From a virus (Duplodnaviria; Heunggongvirae; Uroviricota; Caudoviricetes): a DNA stretch of 38,586 nucleotides. This document shows, piece by piece, positions 1 to 8,109 of this stretch. The stretch covers positions 77,134 to 115,719 of the IMG/VR virus record IMGVR_UViG_3300022821_000011, one strand, 5' to 3'. The notes under the pieces were generated by a model. The model was not told where the DNA came from. It saw only the letters and a program-made list of their open reading frames with translations, and did no database searches. Positions within the stretch are counted from its first letter, which is position 1. Each line of letters begins with the position of its first letter. The position numbers were made by a program, and so were the translations under genes.

Positions 1-95
1 TTTTAAGATTATCTGGTACAGAACAAGCAGAAATGCTTATGCTAATAAAAAATAGTACTAAATATTTGTATATGTGTTTCATACAAATATTTATA

Positions 96-482
96 TTATA
101 GCTCACCTTCATCTAATACTTTTTGCAACCCATGCTCCCTATCTATGAATTTATATTCAATTTTTATAGGTGAAAAAATATGAAGATTTTCAAAAACAGT
201 AGTAATATCTAGAGAACCGCATGTATATACATCTAATTGCATTATTCCAGGAGAAAACTCGTCCCAGACATGCATCGCAATATGAGAAGTTTCAATTATA
301 CAAACTCCAGTAAAGCCAGCATTTCCTTCAATATCAACATATCTAACATACGGTCCAGCCAAAAGTTTCATATCAATCTCTTCAACAAGATTTCTAAACC
401 ACTCTTCCATCAAAACTAAATCTGTTTTCTTTGGCGGTGATTCTATTTCGGCTCTAACAAGAAGATGTTTGTGTTGCAGCAT
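96..482 (-). CDS. speD: S-adenosylmethionine decarboxylase proenzyme (AdoMetDC/SpeD family, pyruvoyl-dependent)
   Basis: Motifs GFTGVCIIETSHIAMHVWDE and QLDVYTCG match the prokaryotic class 1b AdoMetDC fold; self-cleavage Ser in ETSH. Confidence 0.85.
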   Translation of the reverse strand: MLQHKHLLVRAEIESPPKKTDLVLMEEWFRNLVEEIDMKLLAGPYVRYVDIEGNAGFTGVCIIETSHIAMHVWDEFSPGIMQLDVYTCGSLDITTVFENLHIFSPIKIEYKFIDREHGLQKVLDEGEL

Positions 483-494
483 TTTAAGTGTATC

Positions 495-689
495 CTATTT
501 GCTATATGGTTTATATATATAAGATGCAATATCCTGAATTATATATAAAACTACCATTTCGACAGGACCAAATGGAATACCCATAAGCCAAAGTATAAAA
601 TAACCACAAATCTGTGGCCAAATCATATCAGCTACAATATATTCTGTAACATTTTTTCTAGGAATTTCCCAACGAATCCATTTTATCAT
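495..689 (-). CDS. small hypothetical membrane protein
   Basis: 64-aa ORF with a hydrophobic central stretch; overlaps the upstream ORF by 4 nt (ATGA coupling). Confidence 0.55.
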   Translation of the reverse strand: MIKWIRWEIPRKNVTEYIVADMIWPQICGYFILWLMGIPFGPVEMVVLYIIQDIASYIYKPYSK

Positions 690-877
690 TCTGAAAATCC
701 AATATTATCTCTATTAAGCCAATACTTTTCAATCAACTGAATAGCTTCATTAACATTTTCATCATTACCATCAAGCAATTCAGCATAAAAAGTAGCTAGT
801 CTATCAAAATTATTTTCAAACTCACTGGCACGATATGAATTCTGAATAAAATCTACACCTGAAAATTGATCATTCAT
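686..877 (-). CDS. hypothetical protein
   Basis: 63-aa ORF with a strong RBS (AAAGGAGAG) upstream. Confidence 0.65.
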   Translation of the reverse strand: MNDQFSGVDFIQNSYRASEFENNFDRLATFYAELLDGNDENVNEAIQLIEKYWLNRDNIGFSE

Positions 878-892
878 TTAATCTCTCCTTTG

Positions 893-900
893 TATAAATA
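893..900 (+). promoter_or_regulatory. T4-type late promoter (TATAAATA)
   Basis: Exact TATAAATA 28 nt before the ATG at 928; the window encodes gp33, a late-transcription co-activator. Confidence 0.65.
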
Positions 901-927
901 ATATATCATAAACAAACCTAATTGTAA

Positions 928-1062
928 ATGGCCAAAATGAAAAAATTTAAGCATTATTTAAAATCAATATCTAAAGGAACTCCTGTTCTAATCCAACAGG
1001 GCAAGCATTCTATTTCTAAAGGAACTCCTGTTCTAATCCAACAATATCCCAGTTTTTTGTAA
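928..1062 (+). pseudogene. short, probably truncated late gene (MAKMKKFKHYLKSISKGTPVLIQQGKHSISKGTPVLIQQYPSFL)
   Basis: Translated by hand; follows a late promoter; contains an in-frame 15-codon-period repeat; its end overlaps the antisense end of 1016-1408. Confidence 0.5.
970..1043 (+). repeat. 29-bp direct repeat TCTAAAGGAACTCCTGTTCTAATCCAACA (970-998 and 1015-1043)
   Basis: Two exact copies read directly, 45 bp apart. Confidence 0.9.
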
Positions 1063-1408
1063 GAACTGCTCCATGATACATTTTTCCTATATCATGCGCA
1101 TTATCTTTACTAATATGCTCATATTCATATGGCTTTAAAGTTTTCACATCAGGATTCCATTCAGACGAAATAGAATGTTTTCCATTTATCTGTTTATACT
1201 CTGGCTTAAGAGTATGAATTCCCATGTGGTCATAAATCTTAGCAGTAAGAGATTCAACTTTAGCATGATCACCATTTTCATAATGTTTTATGTAATGTTT
1301 CTTTCCTGTTTCAGTATCAGTATGAATTCCACCCTCATTAGAACCAAATTGAGTGCCATGTTCTTTTTTCAATTCTTCACCTAAGAAATTTTTAAAGCTT
1401 TTCATCAC
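1016..1408 (-). pseudogene. truncated HipA/PI3-4-kinase-like protein with a capsid-targeting-like N-terminus
   Basis: GSNEGG...HYIK...AKVESLTAKIY...NWDIVGLE resembles the N-lobe and catalytic loop of atypical kinase domains seen in phage proteins. The ORF stops just after NWDIVGLE. It starts MKSFKNFLGEE. Confidence 0.55.
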
Positions 1409-1433
1409 ATCTCCTTTAATTTTTTATTATTTA

Positions 1434-1802
1434 TTAAACGTGAGATCTTACTTTTAATAATAATTGTTCATAAGATTCTTCTTTTAGATGAAAAAATAAT
1501 CTAAGATTTATTGAATTTGCATATTTAATTTCTTCAGTAACTCCAACAGAATTTTCCCAACCTTCTTGTTCATGCACTAATATAGCAGTCGAAATAGAAA
1601 GCATATGCTCATCATATTCTTTCCAATATGCATGATCAGTCGGCATTTCATGTTGTGTTGCCAATTCATGACAATGAACTATAGGTGAAAAGCACCAAAC
1701 TTTATTTCTTAAAAGAAACGCAGTAAGAGCTTCAACTGATCTATGTCTTTTTTCTCTAACAGCAAAAGACTTATCAGAATAAGGTGACGCAATATATATC
1801 AT
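1434..1802 (-). CDS. DUF1937 / nucleoside 2-deoxyribosyltransferase-like protein
   Basis: IYIASPYS ... SPIVHCH ... GWENSVGVTEEIKYA motifs. Confidence 0.7.
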   Translation of the reverse strand: MIYIASPYSDKSFAVREKRHRSVEALTAFLLRNKVWCFSPIVHCHELATQHEMPTDHAYWKEYDEHMLSISTAILVHEQEGWENSVGVTEEIKYANSINLRLFFHLKEESYEQLLLKVRSHV

Positions 1803-1810
1803 TTAAACTC

Positions 1811-2035
1811 CTAAAAACAAAACCAATAACCACATTTATTACTACAAACAACTCCTCCACCTATACCTGATATTAAATGACTATCACAATCAGGACACTT
1901 ATTAACTTCACACCAAGTACAACTTACAACTAATTCATCTTTAAAACTTTTTCTTGGTTCGCCCCATGTATGACCCATCCTTCTACACTTCTCATTAGTA
2001 TCTTTAGTAACCTCATATAAAAGATCAGTCCACAT
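1811..2035 (-). CDS. Cys-rich hypothetical (zinc-ribbon-like) protein
   Basis: CTWC, CPDC and CSNKCG motifs. Confidence 0.55.
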   Translation of the reverse strand: MWTDLLYEVTKDTNEKCRRMGHTWGEPRKSFKDELVVSCTWCEVNKCPDCDSHLISGIGGGVVCSNKCGYWFCF

Positions 2036-2762
2036 AAATTATATCTTTCTTAATATCAAAAAACAATTGAGCTTTCGATTCCGAAATTTGTAAATCACAG
2101 CCACATCCATGCCATTTAGTATCTGTCAATTCATCAATAAAAGATTCTTTGGTGTATTCTTTAAATCTTGGATTTAACCAAGTATCTATAATTTCGCTGT
2201 CTTGTTTAGAATGTGATTCAAAATGTGTATTAGCAGTAATCTTAAAAAAATCTTTTATTTGATCTACGTTATATTCATTTTCAATAAAATATTTTGATAG
2301 TTGTTTTATTTCTTTACGACCTTCTAAATTATAAACAAAGCCGCGAAAAATACCATTTTCTTTTGTTGAATCGTAACAATGATTCAAAAAAGCTTTTGTG
2401 TCAGCAACGTGATGAATAACTCCTGTTGCTATAACAAAATCATATTCATTGTATACATTCATAAAATCTGAATTTATATGTGTTATATTCAAAATTTTAT
2501 TTTGTTTCGCTAATTTAATAGATTCATATATACTATTCTTTGAAACATCAACTGCAGTAATTCTAGCAAATGGGTGATGAATCCCAATAAGTGTTGGTTG
2601 AATAGTACCACAACCAACACTAGCTATACTTTTTCCTATAGTGGATTCAGCAGGTCCCATACATCCATCACTAAGTCTTTCTAAATATCCATTACAATAT
2701 TCTAAATATTGTTTGATTTCTGGATATGTTTTATCATTATAAAATTCTTGTATACAATCCAT
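2025..2762 (-). CDS. class I SAM-dependent methyltransferase
   Basis: Motif I ASVGCGT, acidic AVDVS, YDFVIATGVIHH, ENGIFRGFVY. Confidence 0.8.
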   Translation of the reverse strand: MDCIQEFYNDKTYPEIKQYLEYCNGYLERLSDGCMGPAESTIGKSIASVGCGTIQPTLIGIHHPFARITAVDVSKNSIYESIKLAKQNKILNITHINSDFMNVYNEYDFVIATGVIHHVADTKAFLNHCYDSTKENGIFRGFVYNLEGRKEIKQLSKYFIENEYNVDQIKDFFKITANTHFESHSKQDSEIIDTWLNPRFKEYTKESFIDELTDTKWHGCGCDLQISESKAQLFFDIKKDIIYVD

Positions 2763-2898
2763 AAGTTACCTATTATTTAACTTTTTTATAATATCTGGAA
2801 TAACTGTATTGTCCATCTCTTCAACTGAAGTTTTAATAGTATTATAATCTACATTATATCTATTAAGAACTTCTTTCACTTCTATAATGGCCCATAAA

Positions 2899-3348
2899 CT
2901 ATTTTCCTTGTGTTAAATTCACATACAAATTATATAAATTATGAACTTTAATATTATTGGCTTTGGCTATTCTAATTCCAAGGCCAGTTCCACCAATATC
3001 TTTTCCATTCTTTGTAAAACAATATACCACAGATACTGGTGTTTGTAAATACTTTCCTAAAATAATCATCGAATTTCTTCCATGTAATTTTTTGGCATAA
3101 TCACTACACCTATTCCAGGCCGGATGAAATTTAGAAGCATATTCTATAGCTTCTTCTGTAGCATCATTAGCTTTAAATATTTCTTTTAAATCATCAGCTC
3201 CTTCTTCAAAAGCAGTGTCTGCTCCTATTGCTCCACCAGATCTAAGAACATAGCCAGATGCTTTAAGTGTTATAGCTATATTTTTCATTTGAGATAATAT
3301 AACTTCTGGCGTTTCTCTTGATCCTATTCCAGCATAAAAATGTTTCAT
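2899..3348 (-). CDS. SLOG-superfamily (DprA/YpsA-like) nucleotide-binding protein
   Basis: YAGIGSRETP, LRSGGAIGADTAFEEGA, HGRN, GGTG motifs. Confidence 0.75.
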   Translation of the reverse strand: MKHFYAGIGSRETPEVILSQMKNIAITLKASGYVLRSGGAIGADTAFEEGADDLKEIFKANDATEEAIEYASKFHPAWNRCSDYAKKLHGRNSMIILGKYLQTPVSVVYCFTKNGKDIGGTGLGIRIAKANNIKVHNLYNLYVNLTQGK

Positions 3349-3536
3349 TTTCTACCAATATCTAAAAAACCAATCCATAATACATATGTAGTGGCAAACA
3401 ATGCTAACATACAAACAACAATTAGTAGTTTAGCTGCAAGAAGTGGCCACATAATAAAAGAAAACATAAAAAACCCTATAATACAAAAGGTTATTATTGT
3501 TAATATAAAAGCTGATATATCAAACCCATATTTCAT
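3345..3536 (-). CDS. small two-TM membrane protein
   Basis: Two hydrophobic segments; 4-nt overlap with the downstream gene. Confidence 0.6.
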   Translation of the reverse strand: MKYGFDISAFILTIITFCIIGFFMFSFIMWPLLAAKLLIVVCMLALFATTYVLWIGFLDIGRK

Positions 3537-3539
3537 AAT

Positions 3540-3917
3540 TTACTCCAGTGTTTCACCTGTTTCAACATATTCTTTTTCATCAACCCACTTACCATCTTTT
3601 TTAAATTCAACTTTAGCAAATTTCATTTGGCGCAAAGCTTCTTCTTCAGCTTCCTTTAATTGGCCAGTTCTTTTAGCAATTTCTAATTTATGCCAAGCTT
3701 TAAATACAGAAGTTTCTATACACTTTGTAAAAGCATCAACTTTATTCTGGTGTTGTGATCGTGTTGCATCAGAATATCCAGCAGCACCGGACTCTTTATG
3801 TGTGCAATATACAGCAGAAGAGGTTTTATTTCTCTTCTGCCCACCCTTTCCTGTTCCTCTGGTAAACTTAAAAATAAAATCTTTTTCGGTTACACTAAAT
3901 AAAAGTTCTTTACTCAT
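3540..3917 (-). CDS. RF-1 domain peptidyl-tRNA hydrolase (ArfB/PrfH-like, GGQ motif)
   Basis: FTRGTGKGGQKRNKTSSAVYCTH...RSQHQNKVDAF matches the class I release-factor catalytic domain. Confidence 0.85.
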   Translation of the reverse strand: MSKELLFSVTEKDFIFKFTRGTGKGGQKRNKTSSAVYCTHKESGAAGYSDATRSQHQNKVDAFTKCIETSVFKAWHKLEIAKRTGQLKEAEEEALRQMKFAKVEFKKDGKWVDEKEYVETGETLE

Positions 3918-4128
3918 TTAATAATCTTTTTTGTGATACATAAAAATAGATAAGAGCACCAATACTTTTCAATTTAGGAATACCTGAATGATTATGAAGA
4001 ACATTATGCACATAATGCGCTTTAATATTATTAAGACCTTCGAAATAATATCTGCTTTTTACAATAATATCAACAACATGTGTTTTATTATAATTAGCTG
4101 ACTTTATAACTCTATTATAATTTTTCAT
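3910..4128 (-). CDS. hypothetical protein
   Basis: 72-aa ORF translationally coupled on both sides. Confidence 0.55.
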   Translation of the reverse strand: MKNYNRVIKSANYNKTHVVDIIVKSRYYFEGLNNIKAHYVHNVLHNHSGIPKLKSIGALIYFYVSQKRLLNE

Positions 4129-4535
4129 TATCTAAACTTCTTTGAAAATACATTATATAAAGAATCTGATAAAGGTTCAAAACAATTTATTACTATATCC
4201 TTTGCAAGATGTTCTACAATTATGCTAGCAATATTTCTAAGATCTTCTTCATTCATATCGATGATAATAGAAGTTTTACAATCTTTTCCATTTAACTTAT
4301 ATCTAACAATCACATCATATTCAAAATTATACATATTGTTATTAATAGAAACATTCATGTCAAATGAATTATCTTTAACACGTATAGACTTTTCTATTTC
4401 TTTTTGAGCAATGGCTTCCATTTCTCTAAGAAGCTTTACGCTTTCGTCTGTTGGAGCTCTATTAACATTCATGGTGTTATTACTAGAAACATAAGAACGT
4501 GATGGATGAGGCATCAATACAGTTTTATCAAACAT
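4128..4535 (-). CDS. hypothetical protein
   Basis: 135-aa ORF co-oriented with the block. Confidence 0.65.
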   Translation of the reverse strand: MFDKTVLMPHPSRSYVSSNNTMNVNRAPTDESVKLLREMEAIAQKEIEKSIRVKDNSFDMNVSINNNMYNFEYDVIVRYKLNGKDCKTSIIIDMNEEDLRNIASIIVEHLAKDIVINCFEPLSDSLYNVFSKKFR

Positions 4536-4654
4536 TAAAAAAATTCCTAATTGCTTTTCTCATTTCATTATTAATTGAACTGAAAGACAAATGTTTTGAA
4601 TGAAATATGCTGAATGGAATAGCGCATTTAATATGTATAGAGTTTATTGTTATT

Positions 4655-5077
4655 TTATGTCTTTTCATGATCTAATAAATAATTTCCATCTTCTGGTGAA
4701 CAGCCAAAATGTTCCCAATCACTAGGAAGAGCTTTTCTAATTGTTTCATAATCGTAATCGCCATCAACTTCTCCATAATAATCTGTGTGATAATAAACAA
4801 CAAAACTTTCCATTATCCAAAATCCTTCTATATGATCTACCATACTAGAAAGAATATACTCTAAACCAGGTCCATAATTTTGTTCATAATCAGCAGCTCC
4901 ACCTTCATAAGCATAAACATCCACAGTCGTTTCAGGTTGACCATTGTGTGTGCGTCCTTCATCTAAAGTTCTAAAAAGAATCATCGAAGGTTCAGAAGGA
5001 TTCGGAATTTCTATCTCTCCAACTTGATCATCTTCTAATATAGATAACTCAGCATCAAAATCAACTTTCATGTCCAT
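4655..5077 (-). CDS. acidic hypothetical protein
   Basis: 140-aa ORF; overlaps its neighbour by 10 nt. Confidence 0.65.
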   Translation of the reverse strand: MDMKVDFDAELSILEDDQVGEIEIPNPSEPSMILFRTLDEGRTHNGQPETTVDVYAYEGGAADYEQNYGPGLEYILSSMVDHIEGFWIMESFVVYYHTDYYGEVDGDYDYETIRKALPSDWEHFGCSPEDGNYLLDHEKT

Positions 5078-5754
5078 AAAGCTCTATAATATTTTCCAAA
5101 AAGAATAAGACCGTTATCAATTCTTTTAGATGCTTTTTCAAATCCTTCTTTATCAAAAACAGATGTATGATTTGGACCATTTTCCATTTTATATAATGTA
5201 GCATCATCCTCAGATACTTCATTATAATCATTGTCAGTTGGAATCAGTTTAATATCAAATTCTCCTGAATAAAATTCATCTTCCCAGGAATCATCAAGAA
5301 TATGCTCAAATGCAAAAATCATTTCATCAAGAATATAATCCCATCTCTTTTCAAAATATTCATCCATTGAACCATCAATAGCCAATTTCTTTTTTTCTTT
5401 TGCAGAAGGGCGAAGTTCTTTTGGCACATCTTCAAAATTAACATAAGGAGTTCCTTGTTTTGCTTCTTTTATTTTTTTCAAAACAGGAAGAATAACAAGA
5501 GCAAGAGTATAATCAGCACTCCATACATCATAATCATCAATTCTAACGGTAATATTTCGTTCAATGCTGTCAAAAATTCTATTAATAGTTTTTCTGTAAA
5601 ACCAATTAAGTTTTTCATCAAAAAAATCAAGAAAGTTTTCATATGATGTACGATTAGCCTTCGAAGGCCAATCAAAGCTATATTTTTTATTCATATAGCT
5701 TCCAAACTTATCACTTGTAATCCATTTTTTATATGGTCCAATATAAACTTTCAT
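5068..5754 (-). CDS. conserved T4-like phage hypothetical protein
   Basis: MKVYIGPY ... RIDDYDVWSADYTLA ... RWDYILDEMIFAF, recognised from memory as a recurrent large-myophage ORF family. Confidence 0.65.
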   Translation of the reverse strand: MKVYIGPYKKWITSDKFGSYMNKKYSFDWPSKANRTSYENFLDFFDEKLNWFYRKTINRIFDSIERNITVRIDDYDVWSADYTLALVILPVLKKIKEAKQGTPYVNFEDVPKELRPSAKEKKKLAIDGSMDEYFEKRWDYILDEMIFAFEHILDDSWEDEFYSGEFDIKLIPTDNDYNEVSEDDATLYKMENGPNHTSVFDKEGFEKASKRIDNGLILFGKYYRALWT

Positions 5755-5786
5755 TTTATTTCCTAAATCGTGTTATTGAATATTTT

Positions 5787-6044
5787 TCATAACTTATCAC
5801 CCATAAGAGCTTTATATGTAGGCAAAATATCTTCAGAATTTTGTACAACTGCAATAACATCTATACATCTATTATCCATTAAGCAATTTGCTATTTGAGT
5901 ACTATTTAATGGTTTTAAATATAATTCATATTTTCTCATATCCATCACTGTTTTTTCAATAATAGCTGGTCTAATAATATATGCAAATAAACCAATGCAT
6001 ATACCAAATGTGGCAAATATAACAGTTCCATAAAAATTACCCAT
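5787..6044 (-). CDS. hypothetical protein with N-terminal TM helix
   Basis: Hydrophobic N-terminus; RBS upstream. Confidence 0.6.
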   Translation of the reverse strand: MGNFYGTVIFATFGICIGLFAYIIRPAIIEKTVMDMRKYELYLKPLNSTQIANCLMDNRCIDVIAVVQNSEDILPTYKALMGDKL

Positions 6045-6069
6045 TATTATATTCCTTTTATTTAGTATA

Positions 6070-6660
6070 TCACACTTCTTCTGATTTGTAAACAGTAGAT
6101 GTGTATTTTCTTATAATTATTTCACCAGTCCAATTTGGCAAAAATTGAACCCATTGTTCATCATCTACAATCAATGGATATTTTTGTCGTATGCTAAGCA
6201 TATCATAGAAATTTGGAGTCCATGGCTTAGTTTTTGGCTTCCACGATGGAGAAGTAGAATCATCTTTATCTGAATTACAAGATTTGCATGAAGCAACGAC
6301 ATTCAACCAAGAATGCTTGCCACCCTTTGACTTTGGAGTAACATGATCATATGTAAGAGTTTTTGGAGTTAGCTTGTCTCCACAATACACGCACACGCAC
6401 TGATCTCTATAATATAAAGATTCTTTCTTCAATCTAACTTCTTTTCTGAATGACTGACCATTATAATTAACAATCACAGATGGCCATCTCAAATCATTTC
6501 TTGATGGTGTTTGAATAACATGGTCATGCCAAGCAACAACATGACATCGCTCATTTAAATAACGAGCGATAGCATCTTCTGCTGGTATTGTATATAACGG
6601 AAATATTGATAACGGCAAATATTGATTGTTCAATACAAGTGTTCTATAATTATGTGACAT
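6070..6660 (-). CDS. HNH endonuclease
   Basis: RTLVLN..Y.PLS N-terminus; CVYCG...TYDHVTPKSKGG...WLNVVASCKSCNSDK zinc-finger HNH. Confidence 0.9.
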   Translation of the reverse strand: MSHNYRTLVLNNQYLPLSIFPLYTIPAEDAIARYLNERCHVVAWHDHVIQTPSRNDLRWPSVIVNYNGQSFRKEVRLKKESLYYRDQCVCVYCGDKLTPKTLTYDHVTPKSKGGKHSWLNVVASCKSCNSDKDDSTSPSWKPKTKPWTPNFYDMLSIRQKYPLIVDDEQWVQFLPNWTGEIIIRKYTSTVYKSEEV

Positions 6661-6677
6661 ATCACTTCTTTCATATT

Positions 6678-6707
6678 AAAATGGGTGGACATTTGCACAT
6701 CCACCCA
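6678..6707 (-). terminator. probable rho-independent terminator
   Basis: On the minus strand, TGGGTGGA-loop-TCCACCCA followed by TTTT, just upstream of the HNH gene. Confidence 0.6.
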
Positions 6708-6855
6708 CTGACTAGAAATTATATAAAATACTTTCTAATCGATTCTTGTCGAAAAATATCTTTTTCAGACAAACTATCTAATGAACTACTGGCTGAGTGT
6801 TTTTTAAATAATCCATTAGAAATTACTTCATTCTCAGCTATAGTATAAGGCCACA

Positions 6856-7323
6856 TTAATCACGGGCCCCTTCTTCATTCAAAAGTTGAGCATTTTTTTC
6901 AAAGGCAGAATCGTTTTCATCTTTAATGTCAACCTTCTTTGGCTTTTTGCTATCTGGTATCATATTTTCTAAAAATACTTTTAGAAGTCCATTTACCATT
7001 TGAGCATCTTTTACTTCTACTGTATCAGCAAGAGCAAAAGTTCTTGTAAAAGCTCTGTCTGCAATACCTTTGAAAAGATAATTGCTTTCATCAGATTCTA
7101 TGCTTCCAGTAATCTTCATCGTGCCGTTATCAATTTCAATTTCAAGATTATTCTTACCAAATCCAGCTACTGCCATTTCGATAAGATACTTGTTATCATC
7201 TACTTTTACAATATTATATGGTGGATAACTAGCATTAGACATTGGTTTAAGCATTTCTTCCATTTTCTTTGTTATTGAATCAAATCCAATAGAAAATGGG
7301 TCAAATTTAGATAAAGTATTCAT
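6856..7323 (-). CDS. hsp20: small heat-shock protein Hsp20 (IbpA-like)
   Basis: YPPYNIVK...IEMAVAGF...KGIADRAFTRTFALAD...NGLLKVFLE alpha-crystallin domain. Confidence 0.95.
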   Translation of the reverse strand: MNTLSKFDPFSIGFDSITKKMEEMLKPMSNASYPPYNIVKVDDNKYLIEMAVAGFGKNNLEIEIDNGTMKITGSIESDESNYLFKGIADRAFTRTFALADTVEVKDAQMVNGLLKVFLENMIPDSKKPKKVDIKDENDSAFEKNAQLLNEEGARD

Positions 7324-7329
7324 TTAATT

Positions 7330-7374
7330 ACTCCTTTTAAGCAAGTTAATATTTGCGCTCTATTAAAGCAGCGC
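7330..7374 (-). promoter_or_regulatory. ROSE-like RNA thermometer in the hsp20 5' UTR
   Basis: mRNA ACUUGCUUAAAAGGAGU: UUGCU pairs with the SD AGGAG leaving a bulged G. A second hairpin (GCGCU...AGCGC) lies just upstream. Confidence 0.65.
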
Positions 7375-7381
7375 TATAAAA

Positions 7382-7558
7382 TTATCGTCCTTGAGAAACA
7401 AAACTTTTTGATTCACATTCAGACGGCTGTCTTCCGGTTGCTCGTACAAAATTACGATAATCACCAGAAAATTCGGTTTTAAAATATCTTTGATGCGGTC
7501 CTTGATCAGACCAGGAAGGTGAGAACAGCGTAGTTAGCGCTGAAATAAGTAGATTCAT
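7382..7558 (-). CDS. 58-aa hypothetical early protein
   Basis: Start reassigned to the ATG at 7558, behind RBS AAAGGAG; downstream of a consensus sigma70 promoter. Confidence 0.65.
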   Translation of the reverse strand: MNLLISALTTLFSPSWSDQGPHQRYFKTEFSGDYRNFVRATGRQPSECESKSFVSQGR

Positions 7559-7619
7559 TATTCTGTCTCCTTTAGACAACAGATTATTAAAGTTATATAT
7601 CATCCTTTTGGACTGACAT

Positions 7620-7648
7620 ATTATATATATATTATTTTATACTGTCAA
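7620..7648 (-). promoter_or_regulatory. sigma70-type promoter TTGACA-N17-TATAAT
   Basis: Exact consensus hexamers with 17-bp spacer read on the minus strand. Confidence 0.8.
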
Positions 7649-7784
7649 TAAAAATTTGATGAAAATTAGTAAAAACTGGTATAGCAGTTTTCATAAGAAA
7701 ACTCAAAGAAAAATTAAAATCAATTTTCAACCAAAAAACATTTCCAGCTGCATCATTATAAATTTCATCGCTTAAAGATTTCAT
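7632..7784 (-). CDS. 50-aa small ORF (MKSLSDEIY...)
   Basis: Translated by hand; ATGA-coupled to the upstream ORF. Confidence 0.55.
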   Translation of the reverse strand: MKSLSDEIYNDAAGNVFWLKIDFNFSLSFLMKTAIPVFTNFHQIFIDSIK

Positions 7785-7948
7785 TCGATTTTAACCCATC
7801 CATCACCTATACTAATTCTAGTAATTAAATTATAATTAAAAGAACAAGTAACATCCCCATAAACAGTCATTATTGCATTATGAGATATTTTTTTCATTAT
7901 GTAATCCATAACTGAATAAGAATAAAATTTTGTCTTAAGAGATTTCAT
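7781..7948 (-). CDS. 55-aa small ORF (MKSLKTKFYSYSVM...)
   Basis: Translated by hand; ATGA-coupled on both sides. Confidence 0.55.
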   Translation of the reverse strand: MKSLKTKFYSYSVMDYIMKKISHNAIMTVYGDVTCSFNYNLITRISIGDGWVKIE

Positions 7949-8109
7949 TTTATTTTAGCTCTTTCAGCATCTATATAACTCATAATGATTTGCTTATAAT
8001 TATGTAGAGAAGTTCTTCTATAGATATTAATCATTTGTAATGAAGATATTGTTTCTAATATAGCACCCATAGCTGAATAAGAAAAATATTCTTTGTTTAA
8101 AGCTTTCAT
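7945..8109 (-). CDS. 54-aa small ORF (MKALNKEYFSYSAM...)
   Basis: Translated by hand; ATGA-coupled; N-terminus similar to 7781-7948. Confidence 0.55.
   Translation of the reverse strand: MKALNKEYFSYSAMGAILETISSLQMINIYRRTSLHNYKQIIMSYIDAERAKIK

Noticed and set aside
2766-2900. Programmed frameshift extending the SLOG gene (open frame LWAIIEVKEVLNR...)
   Set aside because: No slippery site or stimulatory structure seen; could be a small ORF with a non-standard start.
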